Below are positions 24,542 through 32,970 of a stretch of 64,000 nt of DNA, in pieces (within the stretch, counting starts at the first letter, position 1; the number at the start of each line of letters is the position of its first letter). The notes beneath the pieces were generated by a model. That model was not told the origin of the DNA, searched no databases, and saw only the letters and a list, made by a program, of their open reading frames with translations. The DNA is from Phycisphaerales bacterium (GTDB taxonomy: Bacteria > Planctomycetota > Phycisphaerae > Phycisphaerales > UBA1924). Location of the stretch: assembly GCA_038247555.1 (NCBI GenBank), contig JBBRUT010000001.1, forward strand, positions 21,704-85,703, in the 5' to 3' direction. Position numbers and translations under genes: made by a program.

Positions 24542-25620
24542 TTGTCGTCCTCCCTGACGCGTGACTGCAAGCTCTGTGATCCTGCCATCGCCCCGACACA
24601 AACCTCGACCCGGGGCATCTCGATTCCACGATCCCGTTCCGCGGCGCAGGCCCTCGCGACCGGGAACAACAACTCGACTTCCGCCCCGCCCACCGCTCCC
24701 AACCCCCCTGCTGCAACTGCCGCGCCCGGCTGCTGGTGCTGCGAGGCGTGCTCGACGGCCAGATTCCGCACTCGTGTGCGCCCGCCGTGGGCATCGACGA
24801 TCCGATGCACAATCGCGAGCCCGAGGCCGGTTCCGGTCGCTCGGGTGGTGAAGAACGGATTGAAAATCCGCTCCATCGCCTCGGGTGGGATGCCCGGCCC
24901 GGTATCTCGGACGAACAGCGAGATGGCGTCTCCGGCTTCGGTTCGCCTGGCGCCAAGACACAGCTGCGGCGCTCGAAGCTCGCGCGAGTCGGCGGCCTTC
25001 ACCTCGGGGTGGAGCATCGCCTCGACGGCGTTGCGGATGACGTTCACCAGCGCGCGGTGCGTGAGCTGCTCATCGCATTCGACCACGATAGTGTCGCACT
25101 CGGGGTCGATCGTCGCAACGAAGACACCAGGCCCGGTGCGGGGCTGCATCAGGCGTTCATCGGCGAGGACTTCATCGATTGCGCCACGGAGCAAAGCGCC
25201 GGCGGAAACACGGGTCGCGCGGATGGGCATCTCGCGGGCGAAGTTCAGGACATCGCAAACGACTGCGTCGAGGCCACGAACAGCCGAACCGATCTTCTCT
25301 GCGAGCTTGCGTTCCTCCGGGCGGCTTGCAAGGTCCTGCTCAAGCATTCGCGCATAGAGGCGGATCGAGCCGAGGGGATTGCGTACCTCGTGGGCGATGC
25401 CCGCGGCCATCTCCCCGAGCGCGGCGAGGCGGCGGGACCGTTCGAGCTGCTCGTTGGCTTCGCGCAGATCGTTCTTGAGCTGGGCGACCTCGGCGTGTAG
25501 CGATTCGTGCGCCAGCTGGAGTCGCGCGGTGGCATCGTTGAATGCGGAAAGCAGCTCGCCCAGCTCGTGCGGGCGGATGGCCGGATCGGTAGTGATGTGG
25601 CTCGGCGAGGGGGCGTTCAT
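24538..25620 (-). CDS. Soluble sensor histidine kinase (FleS/FlrB/FlgS-like)
   Basis: 360 aa with no TM segment. Short coiled-coil N-terminus, H-box AAGIAHEVRNPLGSI, N-box VIRNAVEAM, G1 DTGPGIP and G2 GTGLGLAIV. Confidence 0.85.
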   Translation of the reverse strand: MNAPSPSHITTDPAIRPHELGELLSAFNDATARLQLAHESLHAEVAQLKNDLREANEQLERSRRLAALGEMAAGIAHEVRNPLGSIRLYARMLEQDLASRPEERKLAEKIGSAVRGLDAVVCDVLNFAREMPIRATRVSAGALLRGAIDEVLADERLMQPRTGPGVFVATIDPECDTIVVECDEQLTHRALVNVIRNAVEAMLHPEVKAADSRELRAPQLCLGARRTEAGDAISLFVRDTGPGIPPEAMERIFNPFFTTRATGTGLGLAIVHRIVDAHGGRTRVRNLAVEHASQHQQPGAAVAAGGLGAVGGAEVELLFPVARACAAERDRGIEMPRVEVCVGAMAGSQSLQSRVREDDK

Positions 25621-26111
25621 CCCTGGCGATCCTGGAACTTTGCGGGGACCGGGGCGCGGGTGCCGGAATAGGCCGCGACCGCGCCGCGTGCGCGCGACAC
25701 CCCGGAGATTTCGCCGGCGATTCCGGCGCGCCTGCGGACCATGACTTCGCGGTCCTGTTCATCCCGGTGCCGGACGGATTCGACCAACTCGCCAATCTCG
25801 TGGATGGCGGCCCGGATCGCCTCGCGCTCGGATTGGGCAAGATGGGTCAGCAAAGTCTCTCGCTGGTCACGGAGCGGGGCGAGTTCCTCGTTCAGCCTCG
25901 ACATGCGATCGATGACCTGCTGTCGCTGCCCGAGTACTTCCAGCACGCCATCGGAGTCGCCGCCCTCGACCATGACCGATTGGGTCTGGCTGAGGGATCC
26001 GAGCTCCAGACACAGGGCGCGCTGGTCGCGGACGAGCATGGCCATGCGGCGTGCGCGCAGCGCATCGGGCTCGGGGCCGCGATCTTCACTCTTCATGCCG
26101 TACGCATTCAT
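25617..26111 (-). CDS. FlgN-like coiled-coil protein (hypothetical)
   Basis: ATG at 26111 preceded by GGAGG gives 164 aa. Helical heptad-rich sequence (LVRDQRALCLELGSLSQTQSVMVEGGDSDGVLEVLGQRQQVIDRMSRLNEELAPLRDQRETLL) resembles FlgN-family chaperones. The 432-aa track ORF is an extension into the TPR gene. Confidence 0.4.
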   Translation of the reverse strand: MNAYGMKSEDRGPEPDALRARRMAMLVRDQRALCLELGSLSQTQSVMVEGGDSDGVLEVLGQRQQVIDRMSRLNEELAPLRDQRETLLTHLAQSEREAIRAAIHEIGELVESVRHRDEQDREVMVRRRAGIAGEISGVSRARGAVAAYSGTRAPVPAKFQDRQG

Positions 26112-26127
26112 GCGAACCTCCGGCCTT

Positions 26128-28566
26128 TCAGGGTTCCACCCTTGCGGACTGCTCCAGGAGCGTCCGTGCATCCAACCACCGTTCCCAGTGCTTCTTCTCC
26201 ATCGGAATGTCGGGTCGCTGCCAGACATCATCAGGGAATCTTGCCAGGTGCTGCCGCGCTCGCTCGTTGGCGGTGCGTGCCTGTGGCCATCGCTGCTGCT
26301 GGACATAGGCGTTGACGATCTGCACCATCGCCACGAGGGACGAAGGGTCATCCGCGTACTTGAGACGCGCGGAGTCGTACGCGGCGATCGCGCTGTCAAA
26401 GTCCCCGAGATCGAACGCACAGTCACCGATGGCGAAGTAGGCGTTTCGGAGGCAGATGCGTTCGAGATCACTGAGCCGGCGTGCAGGATCGGCCTCGAGC
26501 GCGGTGCGGACGCCTTCATACAACTGCGCCGCGGCCTGGAGGCGGCTCGTACGCTCCTGCTCCAGCGCATCGCGAGTGGCCTGGGGCAGGCCCTGTCGCA
26601 GCGTCTGGGTGATCTGTGCGGCGGAGAGGCGGTTTGAATCCGCGAGCTTGTAGCGATGGATCTCAATGCGGTGATCGTCGGGATACCGCTCAACGGCCTC
26701 CTCGAGACGCGCGATGGCCTCGGGGTAACGGGCGCTTGAGTAGTAGACACTGCCAAGCTCAAACAGCGCCTCGCGGAACGCGCTGGCATCGGGCCTGACG
26801 ACACTGCCGTCGACCGTGCTGAGCAGCAGTCCTTCGGCTTCCGCGTCGTTCGAAGGGTCGGCGTCGGAGAGCAGGCACCGGGCGAGCGGAACACGGGCCC
26901 GATCGGAGGCGGCACCGACGCCGGTCATGACGGTGCGGTACAGCGCGGCCGCGCTGGCAAAGTCGCGCTCGACCTGGAATACCTGTGCGAGGCGGAAGCG
27001 TGCATCAGGCCGGCGATTGTCGTCGTCGGGTGCGCCATCGGAGTAGAGCGAGAACTCGCGCTTGGCCTGCTCCATATCGCCGGCGAGGTCGAAGGAATCC
27101 GCCGCTCGCCAGCGGGATTCCAGATACTTGCCGGTATCCTCAGACGACACGATGTCGGCGTATCGGCGGAATGCCTCGCCCGCGGCGAGGAGGTGCCGCT
27201 TGAGTTCTGAGCGTGTGGCCGGATCGAGCCGCTCGACGACTGAGCCGGGCCCGGTAAGGTCCTTCGCTTCGTCAAGAACACGATCGGCGACAGCACGGTG
27301 GGTCTGCCCCAGCGCCAGGAGCAGCTGGCCGGGCAGCTTGGAATCGTCGTAGAGGCTTGCCGCGAGTTCGGCATACCGAAGCGAGGTGTCGTAGTCGGCC
27401 GCGAGGAAGCTGCCGGATTGCCGGTCCATCAGGCTTGCGGAAACGCGGGCAGGGTCGAGTTCGCGGCGGGCACGCGCGGTGGGTCGACGGACAGCTTCGA
27501 CAAGCTCCGCGTAGCGCTCGGCGGCTGCGGAATGCTCGCCGCGGGCCGCGTCGATCTCGGCGAGTTCGAGCAGCGCGGGCAGGTACGCGGCCGAAGAACC
27601 GAAGTCGGTGATGATGGTTGCGAAACGATCGGCGGCAAGCTGGAGACGTTCGGGGTCTGCACCTGCGCTGGCCTTGAGGATTCGTCCAAGCAGGAGGGCC
27701 GCATCTGCGCGGAGCGGGCTTGCCGGATCCAGCTGCATCTCCGCGGCCTCAAGACGCTGCGCAGCGGCGGCGTCGTTTCCGGAACCGAGGTAGGCCTCAC
27801 CCAGCCGCAGGTGGAGTTCACCCATGGCTTCCGGGGGCGCATCGGCCAGGCGGAGCATGTCGCGCAGGAGCTTGGTGATCGCCTCTTCGTACCGGCCATC
27901 CTGATTGAGGTACTCGGTTTGACGGGCGAGCACCCAGGCCTTGGCGGCGGGCTCGAGCGAAGGTTCGACCGCGAGATCAGAGAGCAGCTCGAGGATCAAC
28001 TCCCGGTCGGGCTTCTCCGCTGCGAGCGCATGCTCGACGATGCGTCGAGTCAGGCGGACTTTGCGGGCGGTTTCCTCGGCGGGCAGGTCGTCCAGCTTTC
28101 GCGTTGCGTCCTGGACACGGTCCTGCGAAACCAGCGATTCAATCATCCTCGCGGTGTCGGCAGGAGCGAGTTCCTCACCGAGCTTCTGCGCGGCGGTGTA
28201 ATCAGTGATCACGACCTCGTGGTTGTCTTTGTGCGTCTGCCCCTGGCGGACGATCGCTCCGGCGAATGCCCGTGCGCGGGCCATGTGGAACCGGCCGCGC
28301 TGGGCGGGCGTGGCCTTGCCCGAATCGACGAACCCAAGCACCTTCTGATTCAGCAGCTCGATCGCGTCCTCGAACTTCTCCGATTGCACGAGCGCCTCGG
28401 CCTCAGTCAGCGGGAGGCTTGGGTCCACCTTTGGTTGCGCGGAGACGGCGGTGAACAGCCCGGCGGAGAGCAGCCCAACGGCCAGAATGAGCGCGGGGAT
28501 CGGCCAGGCCGCTCGAAGCGTGGCAAAGAACCCCAGCTTGGGCTCGGGATTGCCTGAGATTTCCAT
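26128..28566 (-). CDS. Membrane-anchored TPR-repeat protein
   Basis: ATG at 28566 (GTG 28590 also possible) gives about 812 aa. One N-terminal TM (FFATLRAAWPIPALILAVGLLSAGLFTAV) followed by helical Ala/Leu/Arg-rich TPR-like repeats to the C-terminus. Confidence 0.6.
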   Translation of the reverse strand: MEISGNPEPKLGFFATLRAAWPIPALILAVGLLSAGLFTAVSAQPKVDPSLPLTEAEALVQSEKFEDAIELLNQKVLGFVDSGKATPAQRGRFHMARARAFAGAIVRQGQTHKDNHEVVITDYTAAQKLGEELAPADTARMIESLVSQDRVQDATRKLDDLPAEETARKVRLTRRIVEHALAAEKPDRELILELLSDLAVEPSLEPAAKAWVLARQTEYLNQDGRYEEAITKLLRDMLRLADAPPEAMGELHLRLGEAYLGSGNDAAAAQRLEAAEMQLDPASPLRADAALLLGRILKASAGADPERLQLAADRFATIITDFGSSAAYLPALLELAEIDAARGEHSAAAERYAELVEAVRRPTARARRELDPARVSASLMDRQSGSFLAADYDTSLRYAELAASLYDDSKLPGQLLLALGQTHRAVADRVLDEAKDLTGPGSVVERLDPATRSELKRHLLAAGEAFRRYADIVSSEDTGKYLESRWRAADSFDLAGDMEQAKREFSLYSDGAPDDDNRRPDARFRLAQVFQVERDFASAAALYRTVMTGVGAASDRARVPLARCLLSDADPSNDAEAEGLLLSTVDGSVVRPDASAFREALFELGSVYYSSARYPEAIARLEEAVERYPDDHRIEIHRYKLADSNRLSAAQITQTLRQGLPQATRDALEQERTSRLQAAAQLYEGVRTALEADPARRLSDLERICLRNAYFAIGDCAFDLGDFDSAIAAYDSARLKYADDPSSLVAMVQIVNAYVQQQRWPQARTANERARQHLARFPDDVWQRPDIPMEKKHWERWLDARTLLEQSARVEP

Positions 28567-28647
28567 ACCCTCGTCCACACAAGACTCCACGGACGCCGTC
28601 CAACCTTGTTCCGGCAGAAAGTGCCGACGTGGAAGGGCGAGGTGGTC

Positions 28648-28676
28648 TTATCGGGCGAGGCTCAACGCGACCTTGA
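28648..28676 (-). promoter_or_regulatory. Candidate sigma-28-type promoter upstream of the TPR/regulator cassette
   Basis: The minus strand reads TCAAG-N16-CCCGATAA, the same architecture as 10952-10979. Located about 80 nt upstream of ATG 28566. Confidence 0.25.
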
Positions 28677-28761
28677 CCTTCAAGGGCAGAGATTGCGCGT
28701 GCCAAGAGCGGCAGTGGCCCGGCCAAGCTGGAAGTCTGGGCATTTGTACCCCACGAAACGG

Positions 28762-30627
28762 CTATTCGCCTTCAGAATCTTCGACTCGCGTGACCACCAC
28801 GGTTCGCGCGGCGGCATCGGCGGGATGCCGACGCCCGCCATCAATGAGTAGGATGATCCCCAGAACCGGGATTCCCCAGCGGATCACGTTGCGGACGAGT
28901 GCCTGCCACGCGGCGACGGGCTGGAGGTCGATCTTTCCGGTTTCGCGATCTCGAACAAGGCTTGCGACTTCGCAACCGCTGATCGCCTTCCCGATTGAGC
29001 GGCCGGAGAGTGCTTCCCCAAGGGTGCAGTGAAAGATGGTGAGGCCGAGCGCAAGGGGCCAGGCGAGCCACTCCGCCCGTGGGCCCAGCAGGATCGCCGG
29101 GCTGAGCATGGACTCCGGCTCGATGCCGAGAGAGAAGGCCGCGATCACGACGCCGGGGACAAGATCAACGACCGCGGCGATGATCCGGCGGAGCGGGTCC
29201 GCAAGGGTGAAGCCCTTCGGGAGGGCGAGGACGGCCGACGGTTCAGCACGAAGGGCAAACAGCAGGACCAGCGTGGTCACCAGGAGAAGCGCGATGGCGA
29301 GGAGCTTGAACTCGCCTCCAGAGATGATCCCACCACCCTTGTGCTCGCCGCGATACAGGACCTTTCCACTGATGGTGGACACTTCGGCAATGGTGAACTT
29401 TCTGGCCGCGGTTGAGCCGGATACGGGCTCCTTGGCATCATTCGCTGCGCCTGCTTCCCACCAGAGAATCGCCAGAGAGTCGGTACTGTTGAGTGGGGCG
29501 AGGCGGTGGTCTCGCGGCACGCCATCGATTGTGGCCAAAAGCGCAATGCTGGCGTTTCGCAGCGAGACCAGTTCGACCTCGCCGCCAGTCAGCCATCGGG
29601 CCGCGACTAGTTGCTGAGTCGAGCCGTCGCCCACCGCATAGACGACATCGGGCGAGAAGCCTGATGCGGAGTCCATGTTCAGGCCTTCGAGCGGCCGGAG
29701 TGCCCGCGTCCATGCAAGGGTCTGTGCGCCGGTTGTGGCCGCGGGCTGAGCGTCGGGGAGCATTGCCCGAAAATCGGTCCAGGGGCCCGCCTCCGCGGGA
29801 AACACCAGCAGCGCCAGAGAGTCACCAAGGCTTGCCAGTCTGACTGTCGACCCGGGCGGGGGCGCATCGGCGAACGTGGACCAGGGCAGGGGAAGCGTGT
29901 GCCAACTCGACCCTGAAAGAATCTGCAGGTTCCATTCCGGGACCGTCGGCGGCTGTGCGTTGTCGACGCGCGAGCGCGTGAGCACAACCGGGCCGCGGAC
30001 CGTGCCGACGAATCCGATGACTTCATCGCGGCCGGGGAGCGGGGCGAGGACCTCCGGCCTTCCGGGCGGATATCCCCACGCGCCACCGACGCTGCGAACG
30101 GCGGCCAGGGTGACAATCCGGCGGATCATGCTGCTCGCCGGGCCGCGCTCGGGGGCAAGGGCCAGCCAGACCCGGTCGTCGTAGGAGGCGATGGCATCGG
30201 TCTGCCCGGCAACACCTGGGGCGATTCGCACCGCGCCCCGCTCATCGCCGCCGGCGATCCGGGGGGGGAGATGCAGCAGGATGGTGGATTGGTCGCGGTC
30301 ATCGCGGATGGTCATCCAGCCATGACCAACAGGTGCTCGCTCCGTGATTCGAGTGGTCTCAACGCCGCGAGCCTGCGGCTGGGCGGGGCTCTGGGCCAGG
30401 GCGATTCCCCCGCCCAAGCTCCACGCCGGCAGAAGCGTCGCCACGAGCGCGAGGAGACAGCAGGCCGGCGACTGTCCGCCGCTCCAAGGCGTCAAGGCGT
30501 CAAGATGCCGGAGTGTGGCATCGTGACGCCTTGGCCCGAAGGCCCCAAGAACGTGCAGCAGTGTGGACATCGTGGCCGCGAGGGCCGGGGGAAAGGTCAT
30601 GGGCGATGATACGGACGACCGGCGCAC
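28762..30627 (-). CDS. RDD-family membrane protein with large N-terminal extracytoplasmic domain
   Basis: C-terminal RDD-like domain (LADPLRRIIAAVVDLVPGVVIAAFSLG ... GRSIGKAISGCEV ... VIRWGIPVLGIILLIDGG) after an N-terminal region of about 430 aa with a signal-like segment. Start ambiguous (GTG 30627, ATG 30600, ATG 30570); none has an obvious SD. Confidence 0.6.
   Translation of the reverse strand: MRRSSVSSPMTFPPALAATMSTLLHVLGAFGPRRHDATLRHLDALTPWSGGQSPACCLLALVATLLPAWSLGGGIALAQSPAQPQARGVETTRITERAPVGHGWMTIRDDRDQSTILLHLPPRIAGGDERGAVRIAPGVAGQTDAIASYDDRVWLALAPERGPASSMIRRIVTLAAVRSVGGAWGYPPGRPEVLAPLPGRDEVIGFVGTVRGPVVLTRSRVDNAQPPTVPEWNLQILSGSSWHTLPLPWSTFADAPPPGSTVRLASLGDSLALLVFPAEAGPWTDFRAMLPDAQPAATTGAQTLAWTRALRPLEGLNMDSASGFSPDVVYAVGDGSTQQLVAARWLTGGEVELVSLRNASIALLATIDGVPRDHRLAPLNSTDSLAILWWEAGAANDAKEPVSGSTAARKFTIAEVSTISGKVLYRGEHKGGGIISGGEFKLLAIALLLVTTLVLLFALRAEPSAVLALPKGFTLADPLRRIIAAVVDLVPGVVIAAFSLGIEPESMLSPAILLGPRAEWLAWPLALGLTIFHCTLGEALSGRSIGKAISGCEVASLVRDRETGKIDLQPVAAWQALVRNVIRWGIPVLGIILLIDGGRRHPADAAARTVVVTRVEDSEGE
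30484..30534 (-). repeat. Palindromic repeat family, copy 1 (full, near-perfect hairpin)
   Basis: The minus strand reads CCAAGGCGTCACGATGCCACACTCCGGCATCTTGACGCCTTGACGCCTTGG. Lies within the 5' end of the RDD ORF. Confidence 0.7.
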
Positions 30628-30694
30628 GCTTCGACGCCGGCGGCGGTGATTGTGGAGCGGTCGCCTCTCGCATCCGTGTTAGGATGCTCCCGCA

Positions 30695-32083
30695 GTGACC
30701 CTTGCGATCGTTCAATCCGGTGTTTCGCGTCGTGCCGCGCTGGGCGTGATGGGCGTGGGTGCGCTCGCGTGGTCCGCCTGGCCGCGCAGGTCGAGGGAGC
30801 TGGCGGGCGTGCCGCGGGGCAGGAAGGTTCTGCACTACTGGGAGAAATGGACGGGCGCTGAGGGCCTCGCGCTGCAGGGCGTGATCGACGCGTTCAACCA
30901 GTCGCAGGAGAAGCTGTGGGTCATCCGCGTGCCGATCAGCGACATCTCCAGCAAGGCGATGGTCGCGGTGGGCGGGGGCGACGGGCCGGATGTGTGCGGG
31001 CTGTTCAGCTACTCGGTGCCGCTCTACGCCGAGGCCGGCGCGGCGATGCCGCTCGACAGCTTTCCGCAGGAAGACTGGTGCGGCGAGGCGGGGTATCTGC
31101 CCAATGTGTGGAAGCTGCTCACGCATGAGGGTCGGCCGTGGGCAGGTGTGAACACGTGCTACACGCTCGGGCTGTATGTGAACCGCACGCACATGCGCGA
31201 GGCGGGCTTGGGCGGCACAGATGCGGATGTGCCCCCGCGGACGATCGGCGAACTCGACGCCGCGGCGGAGAAGCTCACACGCACGGATTCGTCGGGCGCG
31301 ATCGCGCGGGCGGGGTTTCTGCCGAACCTGCCCCTGTGGTGGCCCTATTCGTGGGGCGTGCTGTTTGATGGTCGGCTGTACGACCGCGCAACGAACACGG
31401 CGATGGCCGATGACCCGGGCAACATCCGCGCGATGGAGTGGATCGCGACGTTCCCCAAGCGGTTCGGACGCGAAGCGGCGGGGGCGTTCGCACAGACGTT
31501 CTCTCGCAGCACGCACTCGCCACAGGACCCGTTTATCAGCGGGCGGGCCTCGATGATCGTGCAGGGGCCGTGGCTGGCGAACTTCATCCGGCTGCACAAC
31601 CCCTCGCTCGACTACGCGGTTGCGCCGGTGCCTCTGGCGGACGGATTGGCGGAGCCGAGTCTGCCGCGGGGCCTTGTTGAGGCGGATGTCATCATCATCC
31701 CCAGCGGCTGCAAGGACCCCGAGGCAAGCTGGGAGTTTGTGCGCTTCATGCAGCGGCGCACGACGCAGGAGCAGCTTGCGCTTGCGCACTGCAAGAGCTC
31801 GCCGATGGCGGAAGTGTCGGCGGAGTTTGCCGGCGCGCACCCGAGCCGATACGTCGGCGTGTTCGATGCGATCGCGCGGAGCCCGCGGAGCGATTCGCTC
31901 CCGCCGACGCGTGTGTGGCCGCAGTATGCCGACATGCTGGGCGGTGCGTTCGACACGGTGTGGCGGGGTGGAGATCCGGCCTCCGCGCTGCGCGATGTGC
32001 AGGTGCGGGCACAGCGGCTGATTGATCAGGCGACGGAGCTGCGAGGCCGGCGCCGAGCGGGGAACGGGAAGGGCGACGCATGA
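30695..32083 (+). CDS. ABC transporter substrate-binding protein (family 1, sugar type), Tat-like signal
   Basis: 462 aa with GTG start. SRRAALGVMGVGALA signal sequence. Typical carbohydrate SBP features (HYWEKWTGAEG..., MIVQGPWLANF). Followed by two permease genes. Confidence 0.8.
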   Translation: MTLAIVQSGVSRRAALGVMGVGALAWSAWPRRSRELAGVPRGRKVLHYWEKWTGAEGLALQGVIDAFNQSQEKLWVIRVPISDISSKAMVAVGGGDGPDVCGLFSYSVPLYAEAGAAMPLDSFPQEDWCGEAGYLPNVWKLLTHEGRPWAGVNTCYTLGLYVNRTHMREAGLGGTDADVPPRTIGELDAAAEKLTRTDSSGAIARAGFLPNLPLWWPYSWGVLFDGRLYDRATNTAMADDPGNIRAMEWIATFPKRFGREAAGAFAQTFSRSTHSPQDPFISGRASMIVQGPWLANFIRLHNPSLDYAVAPVPLADGLAEPSLPRGLVEADVIIIPSGCKDPEASWEFVRFMQRRTTQEQLALAHCKSSPMAEVSAEFAGAHPSRYVGVFDAIARSPRSDSLPPTRVWPQYADMLGGAFDTVWRGGDPASALRDVQVRAQRLIDQATELRGRRRAGNGKGDA

Positions 32084-32970
32084 GCATCGCCCGCAGGCGA
32101 GCGATTGTCCCCTGGCTCTGGGTTGCGCCGTGGCTCCTGGGCTTCGTGCTCTTCATGCTCATCCCCAGCATGATGAGCCTGTACTACAGCTTCACGGACT
32201 ACTCGCTGCTGGAGCCGCCGGTGGGCATTGGCCTGGCCAACTTCGCCGAGCTCTGGCGCGATCCGCTGTTCTGGAAGGTGATCCGCAACACGCTTGCCTA
32301 TGCGAGTGTGAGCGTGCTTGTCGGCACGGTGCTCGCGCTGCTGGTCGCGGTGCTGCTGGAGTCGCACGTCAAGGGTCGAGGCGCTGGGGGGGTTGCCCGC
32401 GCAATCATCTTCCTACCGACGCTGGTGCCCCTCGTTGCCGCCGCGCTCGCCTGGGCGTTCATGTACAACCCCGAGGCGGGGCTGTTCAACCGCGTGCTGG
32501 GCGTGATGGGCCTGCCGCGGATCAACTGGCTCGGGGATGCGCGGTGGGCGATGCCGTCGCTGATCATCATGGGGTTCTGGAACATCGGCACGGCGATGGT
32601 TGTGTACTCCGCCGCGCTCCGCGATGTGCCACGATCGCTCTACGAAGCGGCCGACCTTGATGGTGTGTCGCGCTTGGGTCGCCTGTGGCATGTGTCGATC
32701 CCGGCGATCTCACCGGCGATCCTCTTCAACGTGATGATCTCGATCATCTGGTCGCTGCAGGTCTTCGGCGCGCCGCAGATCATGACCGAGGGCGGGCCGG
32801 ATCACTCGACGTACGTCTACCAGCTCTACATCTACGAGTCTGCGTTCCGCTATGGCCGCATGGGCTATGCGAGCGCGATGGCGTGGATTCAGCTACTCGC
32901 CACGCTCGGCATCGCGGGGCTCACGCTCGCGCTCTCGCGTCGCCTCGTGTACTACCGGGGGGCTGTATGA
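32080..32970 (+). CDS. Sugar ABC transporter permease (MalF/UgpA-like)
   Basis: 296 aa with six TM segments. EAA loop (YEAADLDGVSRLGRLWHVSIPAISP). ATGA overlap with the SBP stop. Confidence 0.85.
   Translation: MSIARRRAIVPWLWVAPWLLGFVLFMLIPSMMSLYYSFTDYSLLEPPVGIGLANFAELWRDPLFWKVIRNTLAYASVSVLVGTVLALLVAVLLESHVKGRGAGGVARAIIFLPTLVPLVAAALAWAFMYNPEAGLFNRVLGVMGLPRINWLGDARWAMPSLIIMGFWNIGTAMVVYSAALRDVPRSLYEAADLDGVSRLGRLWHVSIPAISPAILFNVMISIIWSLQVFGAPQIMTEGGPDHSTYVYQLYIYESAFRYGRMGYASAMAWIQLLATLGIAGLTLALSRRLVYYRGAV

Noticed and set aside
22895-25357. Plus-strand ORFs 22895-23908 (337 aa) and 23963-25357 (464 aa)
   Set aside because: They are antisense to flgB, the sigma-54 activator and the histidine kinase. 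They have no motifs and an extreme Arg/Gly/Asp composition.
27298-28557. 419-aa plus-strand ORF
   Set aside because: It is antisense to the TPR gene. The minus frame has a TM anchor, a sensible RBS/ATG and continuity with the downstream operon.
28684-28705. Perfect sigma-54 -24 heptamer TGGCACG (minus strand) upstream of the TPR cassette
   Set aside because: No TTGC/GC element occurs at the required spacing. The next GC in a TGC context is 4 nt too far, so this is not a credible -24/-12 promoter.
30500-31840. 446-aa minus-strand ORF
   Set aside because: It is antisense to the ABC substrate-binding protein gene. The translation is about one-quarter Arg/His/Pro, with no domain.
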